A stretch of DNA of 64,000 bases from a virus: positions 4,994 to 68,993 of IMG/VR virus record IMGVR_UViG_3300025127_000024; one strand, 5' to 3'. Shown in pieces: positions 18,013 to 26,365 of this stretch (within the stretch, counting starts at the first letter, position 1; each line of letters begins with the position of its first letter). Below the pieces are notes generated by a model. The model saw only the letters and a program-made list of their open reading frames with translations. It ran no database searches and was not told where the DNA came from. A program made the translations under genes and the position numbers.

Positions 18013-18360
18013 ATTTTTTAAGTAGTAATTAAGCAAAAAGTTTAATCTAGCTAAACCTGACCAGATAAGCGCTCTTGACCAAGTGTCATGTTCTTCAGTA
18101 ACTAGCCCATTACTTTTAAGAAATACATATTTAATCTTACGTTTATATTTAGGGTTTAGTTGCCATATTCTATCGCTACTGTCACATCTACGTACATAAC
18201 CTGATTTATAAGTCGCTAACATTTGACCTGTAGGCATTTTAAACTGTCTAGTGCCATTTTTGGCTTGTCTTTGTGTAGTTACTTCTTGAATACCATATTC
18301 TATTAGTAACATTCTTGCGTAAGCATTTTCTAATGCCTCTTGTTCTTGTCTCCAATTCAT
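17986..18360 (-). CDS. hypothetical protein
   Basis: ORF track. Confidence 0.6.
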   Translation of the reverse strand: MNWRQEQEALENAYARMLLIEYGIQEVTTQRQAKNGTRQFKMPTGQMLATYKSGYVRRCDSSDRIWQLNPKYKRKIKYVFLKSNGLVTEEHDTWSRALIWSGLARLNFLLNYYLKNYKTNTNNN

Positions 18361-18373
18361 AATTTAAATTTAG

Positions 18374-18473
18374 TGGACGTGGCAGGAATCGAACCTGCGT
18401 TATTAAAATTAGCTGGGTTGCTATTATAATTGAGTATACTCTCCCTTAATTTTAATCTAACCATTTCACGCCC
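18374..18473 (-). ncRNA. mini tmRNA-like (tRNA-like domain only) RNA
   Basis: GGGCGTG/CACGTCC-A acceptor with G3:U70, stemless D-loop, 10-bp helix, AAC linker and canonical T arm. Confidence 0.7.
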
Positions 18474-18662
18474 TTATTTGCGCCTCCAAGATTTGTGAAC
18501 TGCGGCTGATAGTTCTTGTGAAACTACCTGTACTTCAAGCACTTGCTTGTTAGCTATAATAGGAATATAGCTTACTTTTTTAGTTGAAGAACAACTGACA
18601 CAAGTGTTATAACCTAGCTCGATACGAACTGGGTGTACTATTTTACCGCATTTACAAATCAT
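18474..18662 (-). CDS. DksA/TraR-like C4 zinc-finger protein
   Basis: CKCGKIVHPVRIELGYNTCVSCS matches the CxCGxxIxxxRL...CVxC pattern. Confidence 0.65.
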   Translation of the reverse strand: MICKCGKIVHPVRIELGYNTCVSCSSTKKVSYIPIIANKQVLEVQVVSQELSAAVHKSWRRK

Positions 18663-18671
18663 AGTTTATTT

Positions 18672-18703
18672 TATTATCTTACTTTATTCGTATTAATTTT
18701 GTA
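18672..18703 (-). promoter_or_regulatory. class-1 promoter
   Basis: Exact motif copy. Confidence 0.8.
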
Positions 18704-18865
18704 ATAGCTTGTTTAAAGCAAGATTTATTACATATTCTTTCATGTCTTGATACTCATCGCCTTCAAGAGGTACATCAGATAACTGCCAATCGACACTATC
18801 TTCTATTATTTCTTTTACATGATTAGCTATAGCTTCTGCATGTATGTCTAATTCTTTCATTTTGC

Positions 18866-19117
18866 TCATTGTTTTGCTATTAATTTTAATTGTTCTACTG
18901 AATATTTTTTACTTGTTTGTTGCCACATACGATTGTGAGTGAACTTACGTGCTTTGGTATAAGATTTTTTACCTGATATTCTTACTCGATTATATTCTGC
19001 ATCAGTTAGTCCACTGCACACACCGTCGTGGGCGTGCTTACGTCTATGCTCCGCAGCTCGCAATTTTTTTGCCTGTTTTGCATAGAGGCATAATTCTTTC
19101 ATGTTAGTAACTACCAT
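18866..19117 (-). CDS. basic hypothetical protein
   Basis: ORF track. Confidence 0.55.
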   Translation of the reverse strand: MVVTNMKELCLYAKQAKKLRAAEHRRKHAHDGVCSGLTDAEYNRVRISGKKSYTKARKFTHNRMWQQTSKKYSVEQLKLIAKQ

Positions 19118-19302
19118 GGTAACAATGTTTTTTCTATGTAAGTTAAACCTTTGTAGTTAAACCAGTGTGATTTACCGTATTGTTCTTTGTTTTCATTATA
19201 AATAAAGCCAAATGAGTTTGGTAGATCGCCTATTAAATAGCCTTGATAAGTAGTATTTGCTATTTTTATTGTATTTTTGGATAAGAATTTGATTTTTTGC
19301 AT
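19111..19302 (-). CDS. hypothetical protein
   Basis: ORF track; promoter upstream. Confidence 0.6.
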   Translation of the reverse strand: MQKIKFLSKNTIKIANTTYQGYLIGDLPNSFGFIYNENKEQYGKSHWFNYKGLTYIEKTLLPW

Positions 19303-19315
19303 AGTTTTTTTATTT

Positions 19316-19347
19316 TATTATCTATAGTAATTCGTATTAAATTTGTA
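19316..19347 (-). promoter_or_regulatory. class-1 promoter
   Basis: Exact motif copy. Confidence 0.8.
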
Positions 19348-19566
19348 TTATAAACATTTATGAGCGTTAGTTAGTGCATATTTAGCTAATGATTGACGAA
19401 ATTCCCACTCGCGCTTGCGATATTCGTAGTCAGTACACCATTTGTACATAGCTCTGCTATTAGTATTAGGATTGTAATTAGCTTCAAACTCATCTATTTG
19501 TTGAAGTTTTTTAGTGATTAAACCTTTAGCGTCTAATTCTTTGAATTTAGTATCTTTAAATTGCAT
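19348..19566 (-). CDS. hypothetical protein
   Basis: ORF track. Confidence 0.6.
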   Translation of the reverse strand: MQFKDTKFKELDAKGLITKKLQQIDEFEANYNPNTNSRAMYKWCTDYEYRKREWEFRQSLAKYALTNAHKCL

Positions 19567-19707
19567 AGTATTATATTTTAGTAGAAGTCATAGTATATTT
19601 CTCTAACCTTAGACTTCTGTTCATCAGTTAGTTTAGTATAGTGCTTGTCAAATAGTCGCCAAGATATTTTTAGTAATGTATAAGAGTAATTGCACATAGT
19701 TATATTA

Positions 19708-19739
19708 TATTATCTATTTCTTTTCGTATTGTCTTTGTA
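19708..19739 (-). promoter_or_regulatory. class-1 promoter
   Basis: Exact motif copy. Confidence 0.8.
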
Positions 19740-20039
19740 ATTGGCTTCTCATAGTTTTCATCTGTGAGCGTACCGAAGAGTAACTCGTCAAAATATTCTT
19801 CACGAGCTACAAATCTTTGTTGTAATTTAGAATAATAACTTCTCATTATCCTAATATTCCGAATGAAGTGTTATCATTGATTACTATTTCGCCTGTTATC
19901 CAGAAGAATATAAATGATAGTATTCCACCGATTGCTAAAGTTGCTAGTCCTGTTATGAATGTATACAAAGCGATATTGCCTATTTTGTATAATACATAGT
20001 GTATAAATTTTCTGTTCATAGTATAATTTTAAGTATTAG

Positions 20040-20080
20040 TAGACATGGTGAGAATCGAACTCACATTAACCATTATGTCT
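20040..20080 (-). ncRNA. 41-nt tRNA top-half mimic (acceptor + T arm only)
   Basis: AGACATA-ATGGTTAAT-GTGAG-TTCGATT-CTCAC-CATGTCT-A, intergenic. Confidence 0.6.
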
Positions 20081-20100
20081 GATTTGTAAAGAAGTAGTTA

Positions 20101-20331
20101 TTATACTACCTCTTTATCTCTTACTAGAGTAGGAACTGAAGTGCTAGAAGTGTAGCTACCATATTTGATAAAGCAAGGCATAGTAGTTAACTTATCTTTC
20201 ATAATTTCCCACACTTTATCATGATTGTAAGTGAAAGTTTTACCTGATTTGAATTCTACATTTACAGTAGTATCTTTACCGATTAGAGATTTTCTGATTA
20301 CAAATCTTTTAGAAGTGATTGAATTTTGCAT
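20101..20331 (-). CDS. hypothetical early protein
   Basis: ORF track; first sizeable gene of the leftward arm. Confidence 0.65.
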   Translation of the reverse strand: MQNSITSKRFVIRKSLIGKDTTVNVEFKSGKTFTYNHDKVWEIMKDKLTTMPCFIKYGSYTSSTSVPTLVRDKEVV

Positions 20332-20365
20332 AGTGTTAAATTTAGTTATTAATTATTATTTATTA

Positions 20366-20397
20366 TATTATCTATTGTAAGTCGTATTTAGTTTGTA
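20366..20397 (-). promoter_or_regulatory. class-1 promoter
   Basis: Exact motif copy. Confidence 0.8.
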
Positions 20398-20493
20398 TTT
20401 GAGTGTATATTTGTTTACTTGTTTATATTTATTAAATAGTATTCCAACTTGTCTCAAAGTGTTTAACATTAGTTATTTAATTACTTACATTAT

Positions 20494-20525
20494 TATTATC
20501 TAATTAACTTCGTATTGATATTGTA
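20494..20525 (-). promoter_or_regulatory. class-1 promoter
   Basis: Exact motif copy. Confidence 0.8.
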
Positions 20526-20534
20526 TTTAGTTAA

Positions 20535-20566
20535 TACAGAATGAATACGATGAGACGAGGATAATA
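20535..20566 (+). promoter_or_regulatory. class-1 promoter, rightward copy
   Basis: TACAG-AATG-AATACGA-TGAGACGAG-GATAATA (1 mismatch), back-to-back with 20494-20525. Confidence 0.7.
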
Positions 20567-20769
20567 GGTAGTAAGCAGATAGCTGCTGCGCTCCCCAGAA
20601 AAAACATAAAAGGTGGGGGATATACTATACATGACGCGCTCATATATACGTAGAAATCCCTGAAAAAAAGGGGGACCCGGCGATTTGAAACGCGTTTTGG
20701 TTTTGGAAAAAATAGGGAGGGAGAGGGGGCAACCCCAACACTCTAGATACGTAATGTTTTTTTAAAATA

Positions 20770-20813
20770 TGACAATAGCCTATAAGGTTATATAAATAAG
20801 AGGCTTTTGTCAC
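20770..20813. promoter_or_regulatory. 44-bp inverted-repeat operator, copy 2
   Basis: TGACAATAGCCT...AGGCTTTTGTCAC. Confidence 0.65.
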
Positions 20814-20817
20814 TAAT

Positions 20818-20846
20818 GTAAATTTTCACTTTTATCTGTGAGTATA
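20818..20846 (+). promoter_or_regulatory. class-2 promoter heading the late arm
   Basis: GTAAA-N15-GTGAGTATA. Confidence 0.55.
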
Positions 20847-20883
20847 TATAGTATAGAGAAGTAGTAAACAAGAAATAATAAAA

Positions 20884-21474
20884 ATGAGTATAATCTATAA
20901 TTATCCACAAGTAACGCCTCAAGGCAGTGATCTTTTAGTAGGTACACAAGTCTATGACGAGAACAATCAACCTATTAAAGGAAATCCTACTAGGAATTTT
21001 ACTGTTAGTGGTGTAGGTAATTTTGTAAATCAGACTTATGAATTATATAAAGTTCCTAAGCAAAAAGTGTTTACAATGACCAATGCTATGGTAAAAGCAG
21101 GCTCTAATGTAGCCACCACAATGGTTGCAGCACCTGGGGCTGACAAGGTTATTATACCCTTAGAGTTCTCAGCAGTAGTTGTTCAGGGCAGTGATACAAG
21201 CGGTATAAGTGGTACTCCAGTACTTGAAGCAATATTTCCAGGATCTCAAGTAAAAGTAGTAGGTGCTATACCTTTAGACGCTTTTCAAGGAAGTGCTAAT
21301 TCAAAAAGAGTATACACTAGAGGTATACCAGCTGTTGGATCTGTGATATGGAAAAATACACCATGGCAGATTAGACCGGTTTCTGATTTTAGCGCTGCTG
21401 GATTCAACGGAGAAGTTAAGTTGCTTTTACAATACCAAATATTTGATGTTTCTACTTACCAATTTGTAAACTAA
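20884..21474 (+). CDS. virion-type protein sharing domains with tail-fibre genes
   Basis: N-terminus resembles 29818; TMVAAPGADKVIIPLE resembles TLIAAPGANSIILPYE of 32813. Confidence 0.6.
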   Translation: MSIIYNYPQVTPQGSDLLVGTQVYDENNQPIKGNPTRNFTVSGVGNFVNQTYELYKVPKQKVFTMTNAMVKAGSNVATTMVAAPGADKVIIPLEFSAVVVQGSDTSGISGTPVLEAIFPGSQVKVVGAIPLDAFQGSANSKRVYTRGIPAVGSVIWKNTPWQIRPVSDFSAAGFNGEVKLLLQYQIFDVSTYQFVN

Positions 21475-21498
21475 GTTTAACCTTAAAAACCAAAACCA

Positions 21499-21789
21499 AT
21501 GACGTTTTACTACCAGACTAGTTCGTGGAGTAGTCAACCACAAGTAACCGATAAAACCAAAGCAATTTGGGAACACATCGTCAAAAAGAAAAACTGGCGA
21601 ATTGTTCAATTACCAAACGGTTTTTATCAAACTGAATACCTAGATCCAGATAAAGAAGATACATGGATCGACGTAACGAGACGCGAAACTATGGAAGGAG
21701 CTGAATCAGCAATAGATGCTTCCATAAACCACTATGAGAAAAAATTAGCTCATGTTCGCGGACCACAAGTCGTTAAGACCTTTAAATAA
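21499..21789 (+). CDS. hypothetical protein
   Basis: ORF track. Confidence 0.65.
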   Translation: MTFYYQTSSWSSQPQVTDKTKAIWEHIVKKKNWRIVQLPNGFYQTEYLDPDKEDTWIDVTRRETMEGAESAIDASINHYEKKLAHVRGPQVVKTFK

Positions 21790-21817
21790 AATTATATAAA
21801 TCAAATTAAATTAAATC

Positions 21818-23359
21818 ATGTCAGACGCAATAGTCAAACATCTTAACTTTGGTGATGAAGCCAGAGATAAGGTATTTAAAGGAATCGATAAACTCACAAA
21901 CGCTGTCAGCTCTACATTAGGAGCTGGCGGTAAGTGTGTGATGTTAGAAGATGCTAGTGGGAAACCACAAATAACAAAGGACGGTGTTACAGTTGCTAAC
22001 ACTATTACTTTATTGGATCCAGTAGAAAATATGGGTGCTACACTGCTAAAAGAAGCAGCGCGACAAACTGTTAAAGAAGCTGGTGATGGAACCACTACGG
22101 CTACAGTGCTCGCCCACTCAATTCTAACTGGCACAATAAAAAAAGACATAAATTCTAGAGAATTAAAACAAGGTATAAGTAGTTGTGTTGAAAAAGTTAT
22201 AGAATATTTAGAAAAAAATTCTGTAAAAGTAGACGGTGATATGTTAAATCAAGTAGCTACTATATCTGCTAACAATGATACTGAGCTCGGTGAAATAATA
22301 GCATCGGCATTTAAAGAAGTAGGACCAAAAGGTGTAGTTAGCATGGAAACATCTAGAGATGAAAAAACTACATACGAAATAGTAGATGGAGCTGTGTTAA
22401 ACAAAGGATTAAAAAATTATCACTTTGTAACAAATCAAGAAAAACACACTGCAGAATTAAAAAACCCTTTAATACTATTAGTAGAAAATAAAATAGAGCA
22501 TGCTAGAAAAATACAAAGTGTTTTAGAGTATGTAATAAAAAATAAAAGATCCTTACTTATTGTTGCTGAGTGCGACTTAACAGTTTCATCAATGCTAGCA
22601 ATGAATAAGATAAAAGGTAATATAAAAGTTAATATTGTAGATTCTCCAGATTATGGTATTAATAGAAAGCAGATACTGCAAGATTTAGCCGCGATAACAG
22701 GCGCTAAAGTTATAAATGAAGATTTAGGTGATGATATTGATTTAATACAACCTGATTATTTAGGCGAAGCAAGTAAATGTATTACTAACTCAGATGAAAC
22801 TATAATACAAGTAGATGAAGTATCTGAAGAAGTAAAAAAATTAATTGAATCAGTAGAAAATCAACTCAAAGAAGCTACTACTCCTGGAAAAATAATACAG
22901 TTAGAAAAAAGACTAGCTTTATTAAATGGTAAAGTAGGTATTATAAAAGTAGGAGCAAACTCTGAAGTAGAGTTAAAAGAAAAAAGTGATAGAGTAGAAG
23001 ATGCTATATGTGCTACTAAAGCCGCAATAAAAGAAGGAATACTACCAGGCGGTGGTATAGCTTTGTTAAACGCTGCGCAAAAAGTAAAAGCTAATTCTGA
23101 AAGTCAACAAGTTTTATTAGATGCTATAAAAGCTCCGTTTAAAACAATACTAGCTAACGCTGGTATAGATTATACAGAGCCTAATAAAATTGGCGAAGGA
23201 TTAGATGTAGTTACAGGAAATATGGTAAATATGATTCAACATGGTATTATAGACCCTTTGTTGGTGACAAAAAGCGCTTTAAAAAATGCGGCTTCTGTAG
23301 CAACTACTATACTGTCAACAGATTGTGTAATTAATAATGTAAGACATGAAAGCAATTAA
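21818..23359 (+). CDS. groEL: chaperonin GroEL
   Basis: ITKDGVTVA, AGDGTTTATVLA, GILPGGG, GIIDP motifs; no GGM tail. Confidence 0.95.
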   Translation: MSDAIVKHLNFGDEARDKVFKGIDKLTNAVSSTLGAGGKCVMLEDASGKPQITKDGVTVANTITLLDPVENMGATLLKEAARQTVKEAGDGTTTATVLAHSILTGTIKKDINSRELKQGISSCVEKVIEYLEKNSVKVDGDMLNQVATISANNDTELGEIIASAFKEVGPKGVVSMETSRDEKTTYEIVDGAVLNKGLKNYHFVTNQEKHTAELKNPLILLVENKIEHARKIQSVLEYVIKNKRSLLIVAECDLTVSSMLAMNKIKGNIKVNIVDSPDYGINRKQILQDLAAITGAKVINEDLGDDIDLIQPDYLGEASKCITNSDETIIQVDEVSEEVKKLIESVENQLKEATTPGKIIQLEKRLALLNGKVGIIKVGANSEVELKEKSDRVEDAICATKAAIKEGILPGGGIALLNAAQKVKANSESQQVLLDAIKAPFKTILANAGIDYTEPNKIGEGLDVVTGNMVNMIQHGIIDPLLVTKSALKNAASVATTILSTDCVINNVRHESN

Positions 23360-23606
23360 TAAATACATAATCATAGAACCTGAAAAAGAATCAGCTGTTG
23401 AAACAAAAGGTGGTTTGATACTAGGTGAAAAACATCGGGACGATATTAGATATAGAAAAGCTTTAGTAAAAACTATTGGTACTAAAGTTGAAGGTGTTAA
23501 AGATGGTGATACTATATACTATGATAGGCACGCTGGGTTTGACATGGAGATAAATAAAGAAATATATAAAGTAATAAAAGAGTTCGACATTGTCGTTGTT
23601 TTATGA
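23346..23606 (+). CDS. groES: co-chaperonin GroES
   Basis: Mobile loop ETKGGLIL, VKDGDTIYY, IKEFDIVVVL; overlaps the groEL stop. Confidence 0.88.
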   Translation: MKAINKYIIIEPEKESAVETKGGLILGEKHRDDIRYRKALVKTIGTKVEGVKDGDTIYYDRHAGFDMEINKEIYKVIKEFDIVVVL

Positions 23607-24049
23607 AAAAGCTAGAAGCAAGAGATCTTAAAGATTTAAACTTGTTAAAACATTACCGTATAGTACGCAAATGGGCTTGTAAAAACAACGGCTTAACTGA
23701 TGCTGATTTAGAATTACTTATTTATTTAGACTGTATAGATTTATTTACAAAAAAAGATTTTGAAAACGGTACCTATGCTTATAGCTGGGATAATAGACGT
23801 TGGAATAAACTTTTAAAAAATGACTGGGTAAAAGTTTGGAGAAATAGAAACAGAACAACCCAGTTATATAATATATATACAGTTACGTTTAAAGGTAAAA
23901 CATTAATAAATAGAATATATAGAATATTACTAGGTGAAGATGATATACCTACTAGCGAACGTAGAAATAAAATAATGAAAGGTAAAGGCTATATGAATAA
24001 AGTAATGAGCGAAGCAATATACCTTGTTAATAGAGATAAAAATAGATAA
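23603..24049 (+). CDS. winged-helix (MarR-like) protein
   Basis: GLTDADLELLIYL...YTVTFKGK pattern. Confidence 0.55.
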   Translation: MKKLEARDLKDLNLLKHYRIVRKWACKNNGLTDADLELLIYLDCIDLFTKKDFENGTYAYSWDNRRWNKLLKNDWVKVWRNRNRTTQLYNIYTVTFKGKTLINRIYRILLGEDDIPTSERRNKIMKGKGYMNKVMSEAIYLVNRDKNR

Positions 24050-24051
24050 TT

Positions 24052-24621
24052 ATGCCACAAGTAGGATTTGAAGCATTTACGCCATCACACAACTACCAAG
24101 TATTGACTGATGAGGCTGCTAGAAACATGGGTGCTGTATATGCTGATATATACGCTAGAAAAAAAGATAATGAATTTAAAGATAAAGTTTTGAAAGATTT
24201 TAACAATTCAATAAAAACTCAGTATCAATATGATAACGTTAACGAAGGCCCAGGTGCTAATACTATGGCAGCAATGACTAAAGGTCATAACTCACCTGTT
24301 AAATTTATGGGTGGTTTAGTTGGAGCAGCATCAAGTCTTATGGGTGGATCACAAGGCATGGGAACTCTAGCTGGTGGAATAGGCGGATTATTTGGTGGTG
24401 GCGGAGGAAATGTTGCTGGAAATACTATGCACATGGCAATGCACGCTAGGTTAAATAAAAAACTAGAAGCCTTAGGTGCTAGCGCGCCAGAACAAGTTGT
24501 TGATAATCCAGTTCAAGATAATAGAGATTTAATGGGTACTAGTACAGTACAACAAAACGTACCTATAGAACAGAATCCAAATTTAATGCCTTTTAACGAG
24601 GACACAATAAAAAACATGTAA
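24052..24621 (+). CDS. Gly-rich hypothetical (possible internal virion) protein
   Basis: HNSPVK motif followed by a glycine-zipper segment. Confidence 0.6.
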   Translation: MPQVGFEAFTPSHNYQVLTDEAARNMGAVYADIYARKKDNEFKDKVLKDFNNSIKTQYQYDNVNEGPGANTMAAMTKGHNSPVKFMGGLVGAASSLMGGSQGMGTLAGGIGGLFGGGGGNVAGNTMHMAMHARLNKKLEALGASAPEQVVDNPVQDNRDLMGTSTVQQNVPIEQNPNLMPFNEDTIKNM

Positions 24622-24623
24622 TT

Positions 24624-24866
24624 ATGGGAGATATGAGAAACAAACCTAGTGTTGGTATAAGTCCAGCTAAGTCTACAAAGATTCCTGCAAAAGGAACTAA
24701 CTCACAAGTTGGTAGTACAGCTGTATGGGACGGACCACATAAGCCAAAAGGACCTTTTATTAAAGGTTCTAGCAATGGAGCTGATGGTATAGCTTTATTA
24801 GCTAAAAATGCTCCAGCTTATAAGGCAGGACCTATAACTAAAATTGCTGGTTGCGAAAGTTGCTAA
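24624..24866 (+). CDS. small hypothetical protein
   Basis: ORF track. Confidence 0.6.
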   Translation: MGDMRNKPSVGISPAKSTKIPAKGTNSQVGSTAVWDGPHKPKGPFIKGSSNGADGIALLAKNAPAYKAGPITKIAGCESC

Positions 24867-24867
24867 T

Positions 24868-25326
24868 ATGAGGATAAGCGAGCATATAACATATGCAGAA
24901 GCAATACACTCTAACACTGCTAAGCGTAGAGGTATTGATAATACTCCAAGCCCAGTGCATGTAGAAACAATGCAACTAACGGCTAAAAAAATATTTGAAC
25001 CATTAAGAGAGTGGGTTGGCGGACCAATAAAAGTTACCAGCATGTTTAGGTCTGCAGCTTTAAACGAAGCTATCGGTGGGGCAAAAAGTTCACAACATAT
25101 GAAAGGTCAAGCAATGGACCTAGACGATGTATATGGTTATAAAACAAATGCGGAAATGTATCATTGGATTAAAGAAAATTTAAACTTTGATCAATTGATA
25201 TGGGAGTTTGGAACAGATACTAATCCTAACTGGATTCATGTTTCATACGTAAATGATGAAGACAATAGAAATAGATGTTTAAAAGCATACAAAGAAAACG
25301 GTAAAACTAAATATAAAGTAATATAA
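24868..25326 (+). CDS. peptidase M15 family endolysin
   Basis: TSMFRS..LN..IGGAKSSQHMKGQAMD...WIHVSY Zn-binding motifs. Confidence 0.88.
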   Translation: MRISEHITYAEAIHSNTAKRRGIDNTPSPVHVETMQLTAKKIFEPLREWVGGPIKVTSMFRSAALNEAIGGAKSSQHMKGQAMDLDDVYGYKTNAEMYHWIKENLNFDQLIWEFGTDTNPNWIHVSYVNDEDNRNRCLKAYKENGKTKYKVI

Positions 25327-25327
25327 T

Positions 25328-25537
25328 ATGGGAAACTTCAGTACACCATTCATGATGAAATCACCGCTAAACGCTGGATGCGCTAAGTCCGATGGAGGAC
25401 CTGGATGTGTACAAAAAAGAGGTGGAGAATATGTTATAATAAACAATAAAAAACCTGGCAATCAAGTTTGGAAAAGTGGATTTTCCTCTAAAGCAGAAGC
25501 TAATGACGCTTTAGCAGGTTATCACGCAAACAAATAA
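25328..25537 (+). CDS. small protein with FSTPFMMKSPL leader
   Basis: Leader shared with 1458 and 2285. Confidence 0.65.
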   Translation: MGNFSTPFMMKSPLNAGCAKSDGGPGCVQKRGGEYVIINNKKPGNQVWKSGFSSKAEANDALAGYHANK

Positions 25538-25549
25538 AACTAAAAAAAA

Positions 25550-25984
25550 ATGGGAAAATTTGATCACATGATGGCCTATGACAGGTCAGAAATTAATAGA
25601 CTAAAAAAAGATATTCATTATGATGATAAAAACAAAAAGCATCATGAAGGAGTGGTTAACTATGGAACAGCAGGTGACGATCCAATAAGAAACTTGAATA
25701 AAGGTTATTCTGCTGATAAAGTTGGTAAACCAGTAACAGGTGGAGGAGTTTTACAAAGCAGATCACCTATTATGAATAGAATGAGTGGTTTTGAAAAAGA
25801 CGGGCAAATAATGAATCTAACTTCAAAAGCTCACAAAGATGCATTGGTAAAGAACGCTTCTAATCCTGGATTTGCAGCTGCAATAGCTAAAGAACCTATA
25901 ATGATGAAAACAAATCAAGACGGTGGAGATACTGGTAAAGATTATGGAGCAGCTTCTAAGCAAATACAAAAATTAGGAAAATAA
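25550..25984 (+). CDS. hypothetical protein (SPIM/EPIM motifs)
   Basis: ORF track. Confidence 0.6.
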   Translation: MGKFDHMMAYDRSEINRLKKDIHYDDKNKKHHEGVVNYGTAGDDPIRNLNKGYSADKVGKPVTGGGVLQSRSPIMNRMSGFEKDGQIMNLTSKAHKDALVKNASNPGFAAAIAKEPIMMKTNQDGGDTGKDYGAASKQIQKLGK

Positions 25985-25990
25985 TAAGTT

Positions 25991-26365
25991 ATGGCAATAA
26001 GTGGAAACGACCAATTAGTAGTTTATGATCCGTTAGTACAATTAAAAACTGCTAAAACTGGTAAAAATAATGTTAGCACGCCTTATACTGTAAATGAATT
26101 AAGAACTCAAATAGTAGGTACAGGTGTAGAAAAGAAAGTTGCTGTATACAATTCAAGTGGTAATTTAGAACCAAATAGTATATTGTCTGTAGAAAGTGAT
26201 CATGTTTTAAACACTGGAACTTACGCTGTAGGTTCTAGTTTAAATACTGCACCAGCATCTGCTTCAGCTGCAGGAGTAAAAGGTCATATTAAATTTACAG
26301 CAGACGCTATATATGTTTGTGTGGACACTGATACTTGGAAAAAAGTAGATATAGCTACATTCTAA
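25991..26365 (+). CDS. virion protein with tail-fibre-type C-terminal motif
   Basis: APASASAAGVKGHI..TADAIYVCVDTDTWKKV is a typical fibre/decoration motif. Confidence 0.65.
   Translation: MAISGNDQLVVYDPLVQLKTAKTGKNNVSTPYTVNELRTQIVGTGVEKKVAVYNSSGNLEPNSILSVESDHVLNTGTYAVGSSLNTAPASASAAGVKGHIKFTADAIYVCVDTDTWKKVDIATF

Noticed and set aside
18400-18430. Tag reading frame in the mini-tmRNA (TAATA-GCA resume-like context)
   Set aside because: The GCA frame has no stop within the RNA and runs into the helix and T arm, so a tag peptide is not supported.
16029-20525. Repeated 32-bp motif as a CRISPR array
   Set aside because: Copies are 100-1900 bp apart with genes between them, internal positions vary, and there are no cas genes; the pattern fits promoters.
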